Of a DNA stretch of 64,000 nt, positions 9,504-17,665 are shown piece after piece. A model generated the notes under the pieces. That model made no database searches. It saw nothing but the letters and a program-made list of their open reading frames with translations, and was not told where the DNA came from. The position numbers were made by a program, and so were the translations under genes. The DNA is taken from the IMG/VR virus record IMGVR_UViG_3300025121_000013; one strand, written 5' to 3'. The DNA comes from a virus. Lineage: Duplodnaviria; Caudoviricetes. Positions within the stretch are counted from its first letter, which is position 1. Each line of letters opens with the position of its first letter.

Positions 9504-9871
9504 TCTAGATGTATTCTTATAAAAGCAGGATAATTCCATGCAGTTTCATCTGAATAAAAACTCATCCAATTTTTGCTAATACTAATAATTTTAGATCTTT
9601 GATCAATGGAAAATAAAAATCTATGTCCAGGTAATAAAAATTTTATGCACCAAGTTAATATAAATATTGTATTACAGTTTGGACAAATTTTTAATCTTTC
9701 ATACTCCTTAAAATCCTTAAGTAATTTTTCACAAAATATGCATTTATTTTTTCCTAATAAAATTAAATTTTTTGAAAGTGTGGTTTTGTTTTCTTCAAAA
9801 TATTTTTCAGTCAATGAACAAATTTGGTAACAACTATTTCCTAAAATACATTCTTGACAAGGAGGAATCAT
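9500..9871 (-). CDS. Cys-rich family copy 22
   Basis: CQECILGNSCYQIC + CIFC..CPNC. Confidence 0.85.
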   Translation of the reverse strand: MIPPCQECILGNSCYQICSLTEKYFEENKTTLSKNLILLGKNKCIFCEKLLKDFKEYERLKICPNCNTIFILTWCIKFLLPGHRFLFSIDQRSKIISISKNWMSFYSDETAWNYPAFIRIHLE

Positions 9872-10241
9872 ATCTTATCATATCCTTAACTTTTCCATTT
9901 AAATAAAAATATTTATAATTCTTTGAAATTACCAAATGTGTTTCAGATATCTGAATGTCAAATATAAATTTGTGGTTGAATAAACGAAATTCAAAACACC
10001 CTACCATTGATCCAAATGCCGTATTACATTTAGGGCAGGTTTTTTTAAAAACAGATGGATTACTTTTTAATAATTTCTCTTTACAAAATATACATTGTTC
10101 ATTTATTTTTACAATATTGATCATATTTATAATTTCCTGTTTATTTTCTTCAAAATAATTTTTTGTTATCACACAAATTTGATAACAATTATTTTTTAAA
10201 ATACAATTAGTATCACAAGGGAGAAACAATTGAGATATCAT
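9834..10241 (-). CDS. Cys-rich family copy 23
   Basis: CDTNCILKNNCYQIC + CIFC..CPKC; start uncertain. Confidence 0.8.
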   Translation of the reverse strand: MISQLFLPCDTNCILKNNCYQICVITKNYFEENKQEIINMINIVKINEQCIFCKEKLLKSNPSVFKKTCPKCNTAFGSMVGCFEFRLFNHKFIFDIQISETHLVISKNYKYFYLNGKVKDMIRYDSSLSRMYFRK

Positions 10242-10554
10242 ACTGAGACGTATATTCACTGGTTTTAAAATACCAATATTCTTTTGTCAAATAAATTAAA
10301 AATCTACTTTTTGGTAAATTGACAACCAGGCTAAAACCATAAAATATATTCATAAAAGTAGTGGCACATTTGGGGCATTTTCCTCCAGGGACGTTTTGTA
10401 ATCTATCTAATTCAATATTACAAAATAAACATTTTTCTATAGATATTAAATTATCATCTGTTGAAAATAGTTTTCGATTTTCTCTAATATAGTTTCGAGT
10501 TTGATCACATATTCGGTCACATGCACTTATCAAAATACAATTCAAACAAAACAA
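10213..10554 (-). CDS. Cys-rich family copy 24
   Basis: CLNCILISACDRIC + CLFC..CPKC; TTG start. Confidence 0.85.
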   Translation of the reverse strand: MFCLNCILISACDRICDQTRNYIRENRKLFSTDDNLISIEKCLFCNIELDRLQNVPGGKCPKCATTFMNIFYGFSLVVNLPKSRFLIYLTKEYWYFKTSEYTSQYDISIVSPL

Positions 10555-10878
10555 TTAAATTATCACAGTGCAATCGTCATTTTTTATTTCATTTTTATAA
10601 ATAACCCCTTTATTAATTCTTATTTGTTTTGTATTTTTATTTATTGAGATTAAAAAATTATATTTTTTATTTAAAATCAGATAATATAGAGGATGCAAAC
10701 TCATATACATTAAATTTCAGTTCATACAATATAAATTAATTAAAGTATCCCCACAAAATAAGCAATTAGAAAAATCTTGATTTTTAAAGAACCGGTTTTT
10801 ATTTTTAAGAAAAGGGTCAATTATTTTTTGACATGATAAATTACAAAAATTATTTAAAATGCAAGTATTACAAATCAT
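10555..10878 (-). pseudogene. Cys-rich family copy 25 with in-frame TGA at a conserved Cys (nonsense allele or Sec candidate; not in ORF track)
   Basis: MICNTCILNNFCNLSC..CLFCGDTLINLYCMN*(10717-10719)NLMY..DCTVII*; both ends abut neighbouring genes. Confidence 0.8.
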
Positions 10879-11327
10879 TTATAAATTATTTCTTTTATAA
10901 ATCGAGCTGGTGAACCATAATAAAGGCCTGGTTTTATTATGTTTTTAGAAACTAAAGACCCAGCCCCTATAATTGTATTTTCAACAATTTCAATTCCAGC
11001 TAAAATAATACAGCCAGACCCTATAATACAATTTTTATGAATGATAGTTATTTTCTCTTCTTCATCAGACCCAATATATTTAGTATGATTAAATATAACC
11101 CCTGGGCCGATAAAACAATTATCTTCAATGATAACATTTTTAGATATAATTGCGTTAGGCCTTATATTTACGTTTTTTCCAATAAAACAAGACCCGGTAG
11201 TTTTTACCCCATCTCCTATAATCGAATTTGATCTAATATGAGTTCCTGATTTTAATACAACCATATTTCCAATTAGAACATTATCACCAATAAAAACCTT
11301 ATTCTCAATTACACAAAATTCTCCCAT
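10875..11327 (-). CDS. Left-handed beta-helix (hexapeptide) acyltransferase
   Basis: Repeated I-G-x-x-x-x-I hexapeptides; IGAGSLV; YYGSPARFIK. Confidence 0.85.
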   Translation of the reverse strand: MGEFCVIENKVFIGDNVLIGNMVVLKSGTHIRSNSIIGDGVKTTGSCFIGKNVNIRPNAIISKNVIIEDNCFIGPGVIFNHTKYIGSDEEEKITIIHKNCIIGSGCIILAGIEIVENTIIGAGSLVSKNIIKPGLYYGSPARFIKEIIYK

Positions 11328-11331
11328 GTTT

Positions 11332-12009
11332 TTATCTCCTTAAACGTGCGGGATTTCCAAAATAAGTTGAATCTGGTTTTGTACTTTCCAATAAAACTGA
11401 TCCAATTCCTATGGTTGAAAACTTTGAAATGCATAGATTATTTGATATGGTTGATCCGGGTCCAATATAAGTTCCTTTCTCTATAACACAATCTCCGCAA
11501 ATTGTTGAATTGGCACCAATATAAACAAAATCTTTAATGATACTTTGCCCACCAATATGTGACCCAGCTATAATTGTGGAAAATTCTCCTATTCTAACCA
11601 TTGGACTAATAGTGACATTTGGCCCAATAAAAATTCCTTTCTCTAAAATATAATTTTTAGGCATTGACACAGAATGATGAATAACAGATAAAATTTGTTT
11701 GTCAGGAATGTTCATTTTTTTAATCAAATTAATTCGACTTTTCATATCGTTAACTTTTAACAAAGAAAAAGCAAAAAGGCAACCGTCATCTATACGTCTC
11801 TGAATATCATTAAAAGATTCAAGAACTGGAATTCCTAAAAAAACAGATCCAATTGGAAAATTATCATCTAAAAATCCCAAAATTTTATGTTCTGATTTCA
11901 CAAAATTTGTATAAAAAGTATGTTCTCTATAAATGCTTGCGCCGCCTATAATTGCATCTGCAATTTGTATTCCAGCTGAACGGACTCCGAGTATGATTAT
12001 ATTTTTCAT
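11332..12009 (-). CDS. Sugar O/N-acetyltransferase, PglD/NeuD family
   Basis: N-terminal IIILG..GFLDD Rossmann-like domain plus hexapeptide repeats ending YFGNPAR. Confidence 0.85.
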   Translation of the reverse strand: MKNIIILGVRSAGIQIADAIIGGASIYREHTFYTNFVKSEHKILGFLDDNFPIGSVFLGIPVLESFNDIQRRIDDGCLFAFSLLKVNDMKSRINLIKKMNIPDKQILSVIHHSVSMPKNYILEKGIFIGPNVTISPMVRIGEFSTIIAGSHIGGQSIIKDFVYIGANSTICGDCVIEKGTYIGPGSTISNNLCISKFSTIGIGSVLLESTKPDSTYFGNPARLRR

Positions 12010-12269
12010 TTCTTCTTTCTCCTTCTATATTGAAATATCAATATTAAAATCCATAAATTTATTATGATACAAAAAATATTTGAAATTATCATTGGATTGT
12101 TTGAAATTTTGAACCCATAAATTATCCACCATATTTGTCCATGAATAACAATGAGCCATAATGATATCGAAATATCATCACTTCTTTTTCTTTGATACAA
12201 TTTGATAATTTGTGGAACCCCAGAAAAAGCCATTGATACCCCAATTATTGTAATCCAAAAATCAATCAA
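12006..12269 (-). CDS. SemiSWEET / PQ-loop sugar transporter
   Basis: 87 aa, three TM helices, VPQIIK, DIS, WIIYG, PMIISN motifs. Confidence 0.85.
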   Translation of the reverse strand: MIDFWITIIGVSMAFSGVPQIIKLYQRKRSDDISISLWLIVIHGQIWWIIYGFKISNNPMIISNIFCIIINLWILILIFQYRRRKKK

Positions 12270-12691
12270 GGAAGTACAAGCCTTACCACCCCATTGTGAA
12301 GCTTATCGTCTCTATACCTAGAAAAATCTTCTGAACATATATGAAACTGCCTCACAATATCCATTCTAAATATTCTAACATTTAAATGTTCTGTATGAAA
12401 ATAATCAATTAAAATTTGTTTTTCATTTTTAATAAGAATTGCAAAAAACTTATAATTAGGAGTGTATAAATATTGAACGTCACAAATTCCACAAGAATAT
12501 AAACAATTAGGAAACAAGTGTTCTTCTCTTTTGTTTAATAATTCTTCTCCACAAAATACACAATTATTTAATATTGTGTCTTTATAACTATTATTATCAA
12601 TTAATTCTTTGAAGTTAATCATTTTAATTAGATTTTTACACGGGGTTTCACATGTCTTTTTTAAAATACATTCTATACAACAAATTTTCAT
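12266..12691 (-). CDS. Cys-rich family copy 26
   Basis: CIECILKKTCETPC + CVFC..CGIC. Confidence 0.85.
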   Translation of the reverse strand: MKICCIECILKKTCETPCKNLIKMINFKELIDNNSYKDTILNNCVFCGEELLNKREEHLFPNCLYSCGICDVQYLYTPNYKFFAILIKNEKQILIDYFHTEHLNVRIFRMDIVRQFHICSEDFSRYRDDKLHNGVVRLVLP

Positions 12692-12701
12692 TCTTCCTCC
12701 T

Positions 12702-13058
12702 TTAAGTTATATTGACATAATGATATTTATGAAGAATTAAAATATTATAAGTGTCTGGATGTTTATATCTGTTAAATCTATAAATATTAAAAAAACTATA
12801 AATTCGTTTAGAAATAAAAACATCAAAAATGAAATTAAAATTTGAATCTTTTTCAATTAATAAAAAACAATCGTTTCTATGACTTATCATTTGAAAAGTA
12901 ATATTACAATTCCCACATTGATTAGCGACTAAATATTTTTCACAAAAAATACATTTTTCTAATCTTATTAAATTTTGTATATTTTTTATTGTGTGAACAA
13001 AATCAATACAAACTAAATCACATGAATTTTTTAGAATGCAATTATTACAAAGAAACAT
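12702..13058 (-). CDS. Cys-rich family copy 27
   Basis: CNNCILKNSCDLVC + CIFC..CGNC. Confidence 0.85.
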   Translation of the reverse strand: MFLCNNCILKNSCDLVCIDFVHTIKNIQNLIRLEKCIFCEKYLVANQCGNCNITFQMISHRNDCFLLIEKDSNFNFIFDVFISKRIYSFFNIYRFNRYKHPDTYNILILHKYHYVNIT

Positions 13059-13464
13059 CTAATTTCACCTGATTTTCTCGATTTAGGCTTATTAAATAAG
13101 ATATATTATATAACGAGTCTTTAAAATAGGTAGTGAATTTAAAAACTGTAAATAAAGTACTGTTTCTATTAGCTTTTATAAAATCAAAAATAAATAAATT
13201 TTTATTTTTTGATATTATTGCAAAACATTCAACTCTAGAAACACCTATATATCTTAATTTACACCCTTCACAAATAAAAAGATTATTAGATTTTTCAGTT
13301 TTTCCTGTTAATTTGTTTTTACAAAATACACAATGCTCTGGTCGTTTTCGATATTTATTAATACTATAATCATTTATAATTATTGAGAAATCTATTTCTT
13401 TAATAATTTCATCGCATGGTTTCATACATGTAAAACATAAAATACAATTATCACAAATTAACAT
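13045..13464 (-). CDS. Cys-rich family copy 28
   Basis: CDNCILCFTCMKPC + CVFC..CEGC. Confidence 0.85.
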   Translation of the reverse strand: MLICDNCILCFTCMKPCDEIIKEIDFSIIINDYSINKYRKRPEHCVFCKNKLTGKTEKSNNLFICEGCKLRYIGVSRVECFAIISKNKNLFIFDFIKANRNSTLFTVFKFTTYFKDSLYNISYLISLNRENQVKLDVSL

Positions 13465-13855
13465 ATAAAATAAGTCCTTTATCTTTTTTATCATGGATCA
13501 ACCTAGTCAAGTTTTGATCTGTTTTTAAAAACCGATGAGAAACATTTACTCGAAATATTATAAAATGCATACGATTTGAAGAAAAATTATCATAATCAAA
13601 AATAAATTTTGGCTTTATGCTTTCTGCATAAGATAATGAAAAACATTTCCAACGAAAAGTTGATGAATATATTATATTACAATTTTTACATTTTAAATCA
13701 AAAAAATTCCCTTCAAACACTTTTCCACAAAATAAACAAACGGGAGGAAAAAGCGTTACACCCTTAAAATGTTGAAAATTCATATTTTTTATGATCTCTT
13801 CACATGGCTTCACGCAGGTAAAAGTTAAAATACATTTTTCGCAGAGATCAATCAA
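13451..13855 (-). CDS. Cys-rich family copy 29
   Basis: CEKCILTFTCVKPC + CLFC..CKNC. Confidence 0.85.
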   Translation of the reverse strand: MIDLCEKCILTFTCVKPCEEIIKNMNFQHFKGVTLFPPVCLFCGKVFEGNFFDLKCKNCNIIYSSTFRWKCFSLSYAESIKPKFIFDYDNFSSNRMHFIIFRVNVSHRFLKTDQNLTRLIHDKKDKGLILYVNL

Positions 13856-14238
13856 GGCGTCTTCTCCTTTGTATCTAAAGGTATAAAATTAAATGATCTA
13901 TTATGTAAAATATTTATAGCTATTTTTGAAAAAGATATATATGTCTGAATTTGTTTAAAAAATATTTCAATTGAGATTTTATGATTAATCAAAAGAATAG
14001 ATGAACAATATTCACAAGTTTCACGTATTATATGAGGAGAGGCATTATAAACTTTATATTTGCCATCATATAAATATTTTCCACAACAAAAACAATGTAA
14101 AAATTCTTTTTGATTAATCAGATCAAAAATAGTTTTTTGATTTTTAAAAATATATTGTAATGATGAAGCACATGATTCTTGACAATAACCAATTAAAATG
14201 CAATCTAAACAAGGGAATCTCTCAAATCTATTTTTCAA
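13852..14238 (-). CDS. Cys-rich family copy 30
   Basis: CLDCILIGYCQESC + CFCC..CEYC. Confidence 0.85.
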   Translation of the reverse strand: MKNRFERFPCLDCILIGYCQESCASSLQYIFKNQKTIFDLINQKEFLHCFCCGKYLYDGKYKVYNASPHIIRETCEYCSSILLINHKISIEIFFKQIQTYISFSKIAINILHNRSFNFIPLDTKEKTP

Positions 14239-14600
14239 GGAGATTTTCCAGTCCTTAAGATAATTCCTTCTGACATAAAATCTTTTGGGTGGTTTCTTAA
14301 GACCAATAATTTATTAATATAAAATTCCAACGATAGCAAAATATTATTATTTTTTTCATCCAGAAAAAATATATCTGAAAAATAAATTATTCTTAATCCA
14401 CATGTTTTACAAAATCTGACTGGGATATAATCTCCTGTTTCAAATAAAAGTTTTTCTTCACAATAAATACATTTTGAACTATCAACATTTTTAAAAAAAT
14501 CTATCTCCTTAAGATATGGTTTAAACATTTTATCTACAATTTCTTTGCAGCATTCTAAACATTGATTTTTTAAAATACAATCGATGCATAGGCATTTCAT
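14235..14600 (-). CDS. Cys-rich family copy 31 (first in operon)
   Basis: CIDCILKNQCLECC + CIYC..CKTC; AGGAGAG RBS. Confidence 0.85.
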   Translation of the reverse strand: MKCLCIDCILKNQCLECCKEIVDKMFKPYLKEIDFFKNVDSSKCIYCEEKLLFETGDYIPVRFCKTCGLRIIYFSDIFFLDEKNNNILLSLEFYINKLLVLRNHPKDFMSEGIILRTGKSP

Positions 14601-14683
14601 ATTTTCTCTCCTATGAACATATGGATTTTCATTCTATATAATTCTTTAAGATTCTAAATAAAAAAAATAAAACCTTAACTCAT

Positions 14684-14699
14684 TTATTAATATATATAG
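14684..14699. promoter_or_regulatory. 16-bp AT box TTATTAATATATATAG
   Basis: Identical 16-mer (reverse complement) at 34569-34584; both intergenic. Confidence 0.55.
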
Positions 14700-14727
14700 T
14701 TTATAATTCTAAACTTGTATCTTTTAT

Positions 14728-14743
14728 AGAACAAAATATAAAT
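14728..14743 (+). promoter_or_regulatory. Putative late promoter AGAACAAAATATAAAT
   Basis: Motif recurs upstream of five virion-gene units, always in sense orientation. Confidence 0.7.
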
Positions 14744-14812
14744 TTCTTTTTAAGAATTGAATCTAAGAAAAATTAAGGGTTTAAATATCTATAAGTAAGG
14801 ATCTTTAAAATA

Positions 14813-15550
14813 ATGGAAAAAATTGATTTTCCTGAGGATGAATATAAAAGTATAAAAGATCGACTCGATCAAAATAAAGTCAGCCATACAATTAGAATAA
14901 AATCTGAATGGGGTAAATATAAAATGGGAAATATTTACGCAACTCCGTGGGGAGATCATATTAAAATTTTATCGATCAAAAGACTTCAATCCATAAGACA
15001 ATATGTTTTTTATAATGATTTAACAAATGATCAAAAAAATGAATTAAGCCAAAAGGATTGTATTGAACATATTGTATTTAAAAAAGTTCCAAAAGACATT
15101 GAAGAATCTGTGGGTGCTTTTGCCATAGATTCTCCTTTAAAAAGAAACGTTAGATTCGAATCTTTTTTAGAACAAAAAATGGATAACATATTAATTGATT
15201 TTGATAAAGTCATTCATTCCTATCATGAAGGATGGCAGAATGGATATATTTATGGGTTTGTCATTGATGGAGCAAAAGAATCATTGACCTTTTTGAAAAA
15301 ATATTTTAATATTATTATTTTCACGGCAAGAGCGTCAGAAGTTCATAAAGACGAAAAAGAAAAAATGATTAGAAACGTTGAAGATTGGTTAAGAAAAAAT
15401 GAGATACCCTTTGATTTAGTTACCGCTGATAAAATGCCAGCGTTTGCGTACATTGATGATAAAGCTATCAATTTTGACAATTGGAAAAATGTAATTGGGA
15501 TCGTAAAACAAATGATGACTCAAAAAGAGACAAAAGTTGGAGGGTTTTAA
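14813..15550 (+). CDS. HAD-superfamily phosphatase-like protein with unknown N-terminal domain
   Basis: ILIDFDKVIH (DxD), IIFTAR, YIDDKA motifs in C-terminal half. Confidence 0.7.
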   Translation: MEKIDFPEDEYKSIKDRLDQNKVSHTIRIKSEWGKYKMGNIYATPWGDHIKILSIKRLQSIRQYVFYNDLTNDQKNELSQKDCIEHIVFKKVPKDIEESVGAFAIDSPLKRNVRFESFLEQKMDNILIDFDKVIHSYHEGWQNGYIYGFVIDGAKESLTFLKKYFNIIIFTARASEVHKDEKEKMIRNVEDWLRKNEIPFDLVTADKMPAFAYIDDKAINFDNWKNVIGIVKQMMTQKETKVGGF

Positions 15551-15552
15551 AT

Positions 15553-16272
15553 ATGAAGACATCTTTTAGTATTTTGGAACAGGATCAATTAAGACGTACC
15601 TTCGGTGGTACGACTGTCGGCACGGCTGATCCTTATTTAACTGGTTTATTTGGAATTCAATTTGCAAAGCTTCCCGCTGCTTTGGAATCTAGAGTCAACC
15701 CATATGATATTTCCAGTAATAATGAGGTTAGAAAAATTTTAGCGGGTACATGTATTTCCGTGACCCCTCCCGGCGGAACATTGAATAGCCAGGATTATAC
15801 AGGTCTCGGTGGCATCAAATCGGGTGTGCCTTCCAACATTGATTATGGAAATGTGGTGACTTTAAGATTTGTTGAAATGAACGGCATTCCCGTTTTTAGA
15901 ATTATTCATGAGTGGTTTAAGATGATTCGTGACTATCGATTCGGTGCGTCTAACTTACAAGAAACAGCGAGTTTGACCGGATATTCAAAAAGAACTTTTT
16001 CTGGTCTTTTATATTACTGGACAACCGCTCCTGATGCGAAAACTGTTGAATTTGCCGCGTGCTATGATGGCGTTTATCCTACGAAGGATCCTCAAGATCT
16101 TTTTGGTTCTGATATTGATACCGTGGGTAGACTGGATATAGATATCGACTTTCATATTGATACGCCATGGCAAGAGTCTTGGGTAAAAACAAAATGTCAA
16201 GAATTTGCTGATCAAAGAGCCGCTCAGATTTCTGTCATCAAAAATTATGGCCCCAAGCAAGCTGGTGTGTAA
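15553..16272 (+). CDS. Tail tube protein (gp19-like)
   Basis: CISVTPPGGTLN..GLGG..VP..IDYG..VTLRFVE..WF..IRD pattern; structural context; ATG 15553. Confidence 0.7.
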   Translation: MKTSFSILEQDQLRRTFGGTTVGTADPYLTGLFGIQFAKLPAALESRVNPYDISSNNEVRKILAGTCISVTPPGGTLNSQDYTGLGGIKSGVPSNIDYGNVVTLRFVEMNGIPVFRIIHEWFKMIRDYRFGASNLQETASLTGYSKRTFSGLLYYWTTAPDAKTVEFAACYDGVYPTKDPQDLFGSDIDTVGRLDIDIDFHIDTPWQESWVKTKCQEFADQRAAQISVIKNYGPKQAGV

Positions 16273-16285
16273 TGAGGATAAAATT

Positions 16286-17377
16286 ATGATTATCACAGAA
16301 TCTCCAAAACTTTTTGATTCTGCATTATTTTCTTTTGTGACAAGGTCGGTTCTTTGCGATTATGTTACTGAATCAAATATTCAAAATAAAAAAGATCTTA
16401 AGAATTTTATTTTGAAGGAAGCCACTGATTATGAAATAATGAATATTTTACTTTTAAATAAAATTCCTAAAGAATCTTCAAATCTTTTAAAAGAAACTGC
16501 GTTGTATAGTATTTTAAAAGAACAGATGGTTCAAAATTGTGATTTACTTGTTGAGCATATAGGACATGAAACATTTAATAATATTTTATTCAATGTTTCT
16601 CCTTTATCTTTGTTTGATAAAACTCCTGAAAATATTTTTGAATCTTTTCTTCTTGAGGCTCCAAAAAAGAAAAAAGGTATAAAAGGTCCACAAACCCAAG
16701 GGCCTGATGATTCTTCAATGGAGCCAACTTCTGAACCGTCTCCTGAGCCTCAACAAACTTCTCAAGCTAAGGAAATAGGCGGGGAAGCGGCCAATGTCGC
16801 AAAAAGCATGCTTCTTTATAATGCCGTTGGGGCTTTGATTGGAAAAGCAAAAGATCTTGCTGCCAAAGGAATTGGCCCAGTGATAAGTCTAGTTCAAGGA
16901 CATCCAATTATGGCTGGGGCAACATTGGCGGCTATTTTAGGCTATGCTGCAATTCGAGCATATCAAAATCATTTTAGCGCCGCTGCAAAACAATGTGAAG
17001 GTTCTGATGATAAAGCTGAATGTATGAAATTTGCTAAAATTCAAGCTCTTGGATCTCAAATCAATGATTTAAGAAAAGGATTATCTGCTTGTAAAAATTC
17101 AAAAGATCCCAAGGGTTGTCAAGATTCTATAAATAAAAAAATTCAAGGCGTTGAAGAAAAAATATCTAAGGCAAGAATTAGTGAATCTTTAATCCAAGAA
17201 TTTTTTGGAAGAAAAAAAGAAAAAACTTTTCAAGAGAAATTAAATGAATTAGATATTAAAAATAATGAGATTAAAGAAAAAATTTCTAATTTAAAAAAAG
17301 AAATTGCTACCTTAATAGAGAAAAAAAATTATCTGAGACCGATGAGCCTAAACGCTATAAGGGGCATTATTCATTAA
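16286..17377 (+). CDS. Putative virion protein, single-TM Cys-pair family, paralog 1 (possible -1 extension to 17604)
   Basis: MIITE start, EATDYEIM, hydrophobic helix, AAKQC..C / CKNS.DP..C. Confidence 0.75.
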   Translation: MIITESPKLFDSALFSFVTRSVLCDYVTESNIQNKKDLKNFILKEATDYEIMNILLLNKIPKESSNLLKETALYSILKEQMVQNCDLLVEHIGHETFNNILFNVSPLSLFDKTPENIFESFLLEAPKKKKGIKGPQTQGPDDSSMEPTSEPSPEPQQTSQAKEIGGEAANVAKSMLLYNAVGALIGKAKDLAAKGIGPVISLVQGHPIMAGATLAAILGYAAIRAYQNHFSAAAKQCEGSDDKAECMKFAKIQALGSQINDLRKGLSACKNSKDPKGCQDSINKKIQGVEEKISKARISESLIQEFFGRKKEKTFQEKLNELDIKNNEIKEKISNLKKEIATLIEKKNYLRPMSLNAIRGIIH

Positions 17378-17615
17378 AAACATTTGAAGATTTAATTAAA
17401 GCGGCTAAGCTTGATATTAAATATGAAGTTTTACAATTAGCATTAAACGAATTAGATAAAAAATATTTGCAAATTTTTTCGAAATATAAAATAATGAAAA
17501 ATCCAGAGATTTGTAAAAAGAAGGCTGAAATGAATTACGATAAAGAAAATGAAGGAATTTATAGATCTCATGGATTTGGATATGCTATTCAAAAGTATGA
17601 TTAAAAATAACTCTT

Positions 17616-17631
17616 AGAACAAAATTTAAAT
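17616..17631 (+). promoter_or_regulatory. Putative late promoter AGAACAAAATTTAAAT
   Basis: One mismatch to the 14728 motif, 35 nt before ATG 17666. Confidence 0.6.
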
Positions 17632-17665
17632 CAGCTTTACTTAAACATAAGCAGGAGATATGTAT

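Noticed and set aside
1401-13369. Plus-strand ORFs within the array (e.g. 1401, 6107, 7107, 8283, 9606, 9955, 11037, 13133)
   Set aside because: Antisense shadows of the coupled minus-strand genes, with no RBS or family motifs.
492-14600. Diversity-generating retroelement acting on the array
   Set aside because: No reverse transcriptase and no near-identical TR/VR pair with adenine-only mismatches; divergence spans whole genes.
492-14600. Array as RiPP precursor peptides for the radical SAM enzymes
   Set aside because: The proteins are 100-140 aa with folded-domain features, lack a leader/core layout and lie more than 24 kb from the radical SAM genes.
15169-15185. Sixth late-promoter copy AGAACAAAAAATG
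   Set aside because: Inside a coding region and lacks TATAAA.
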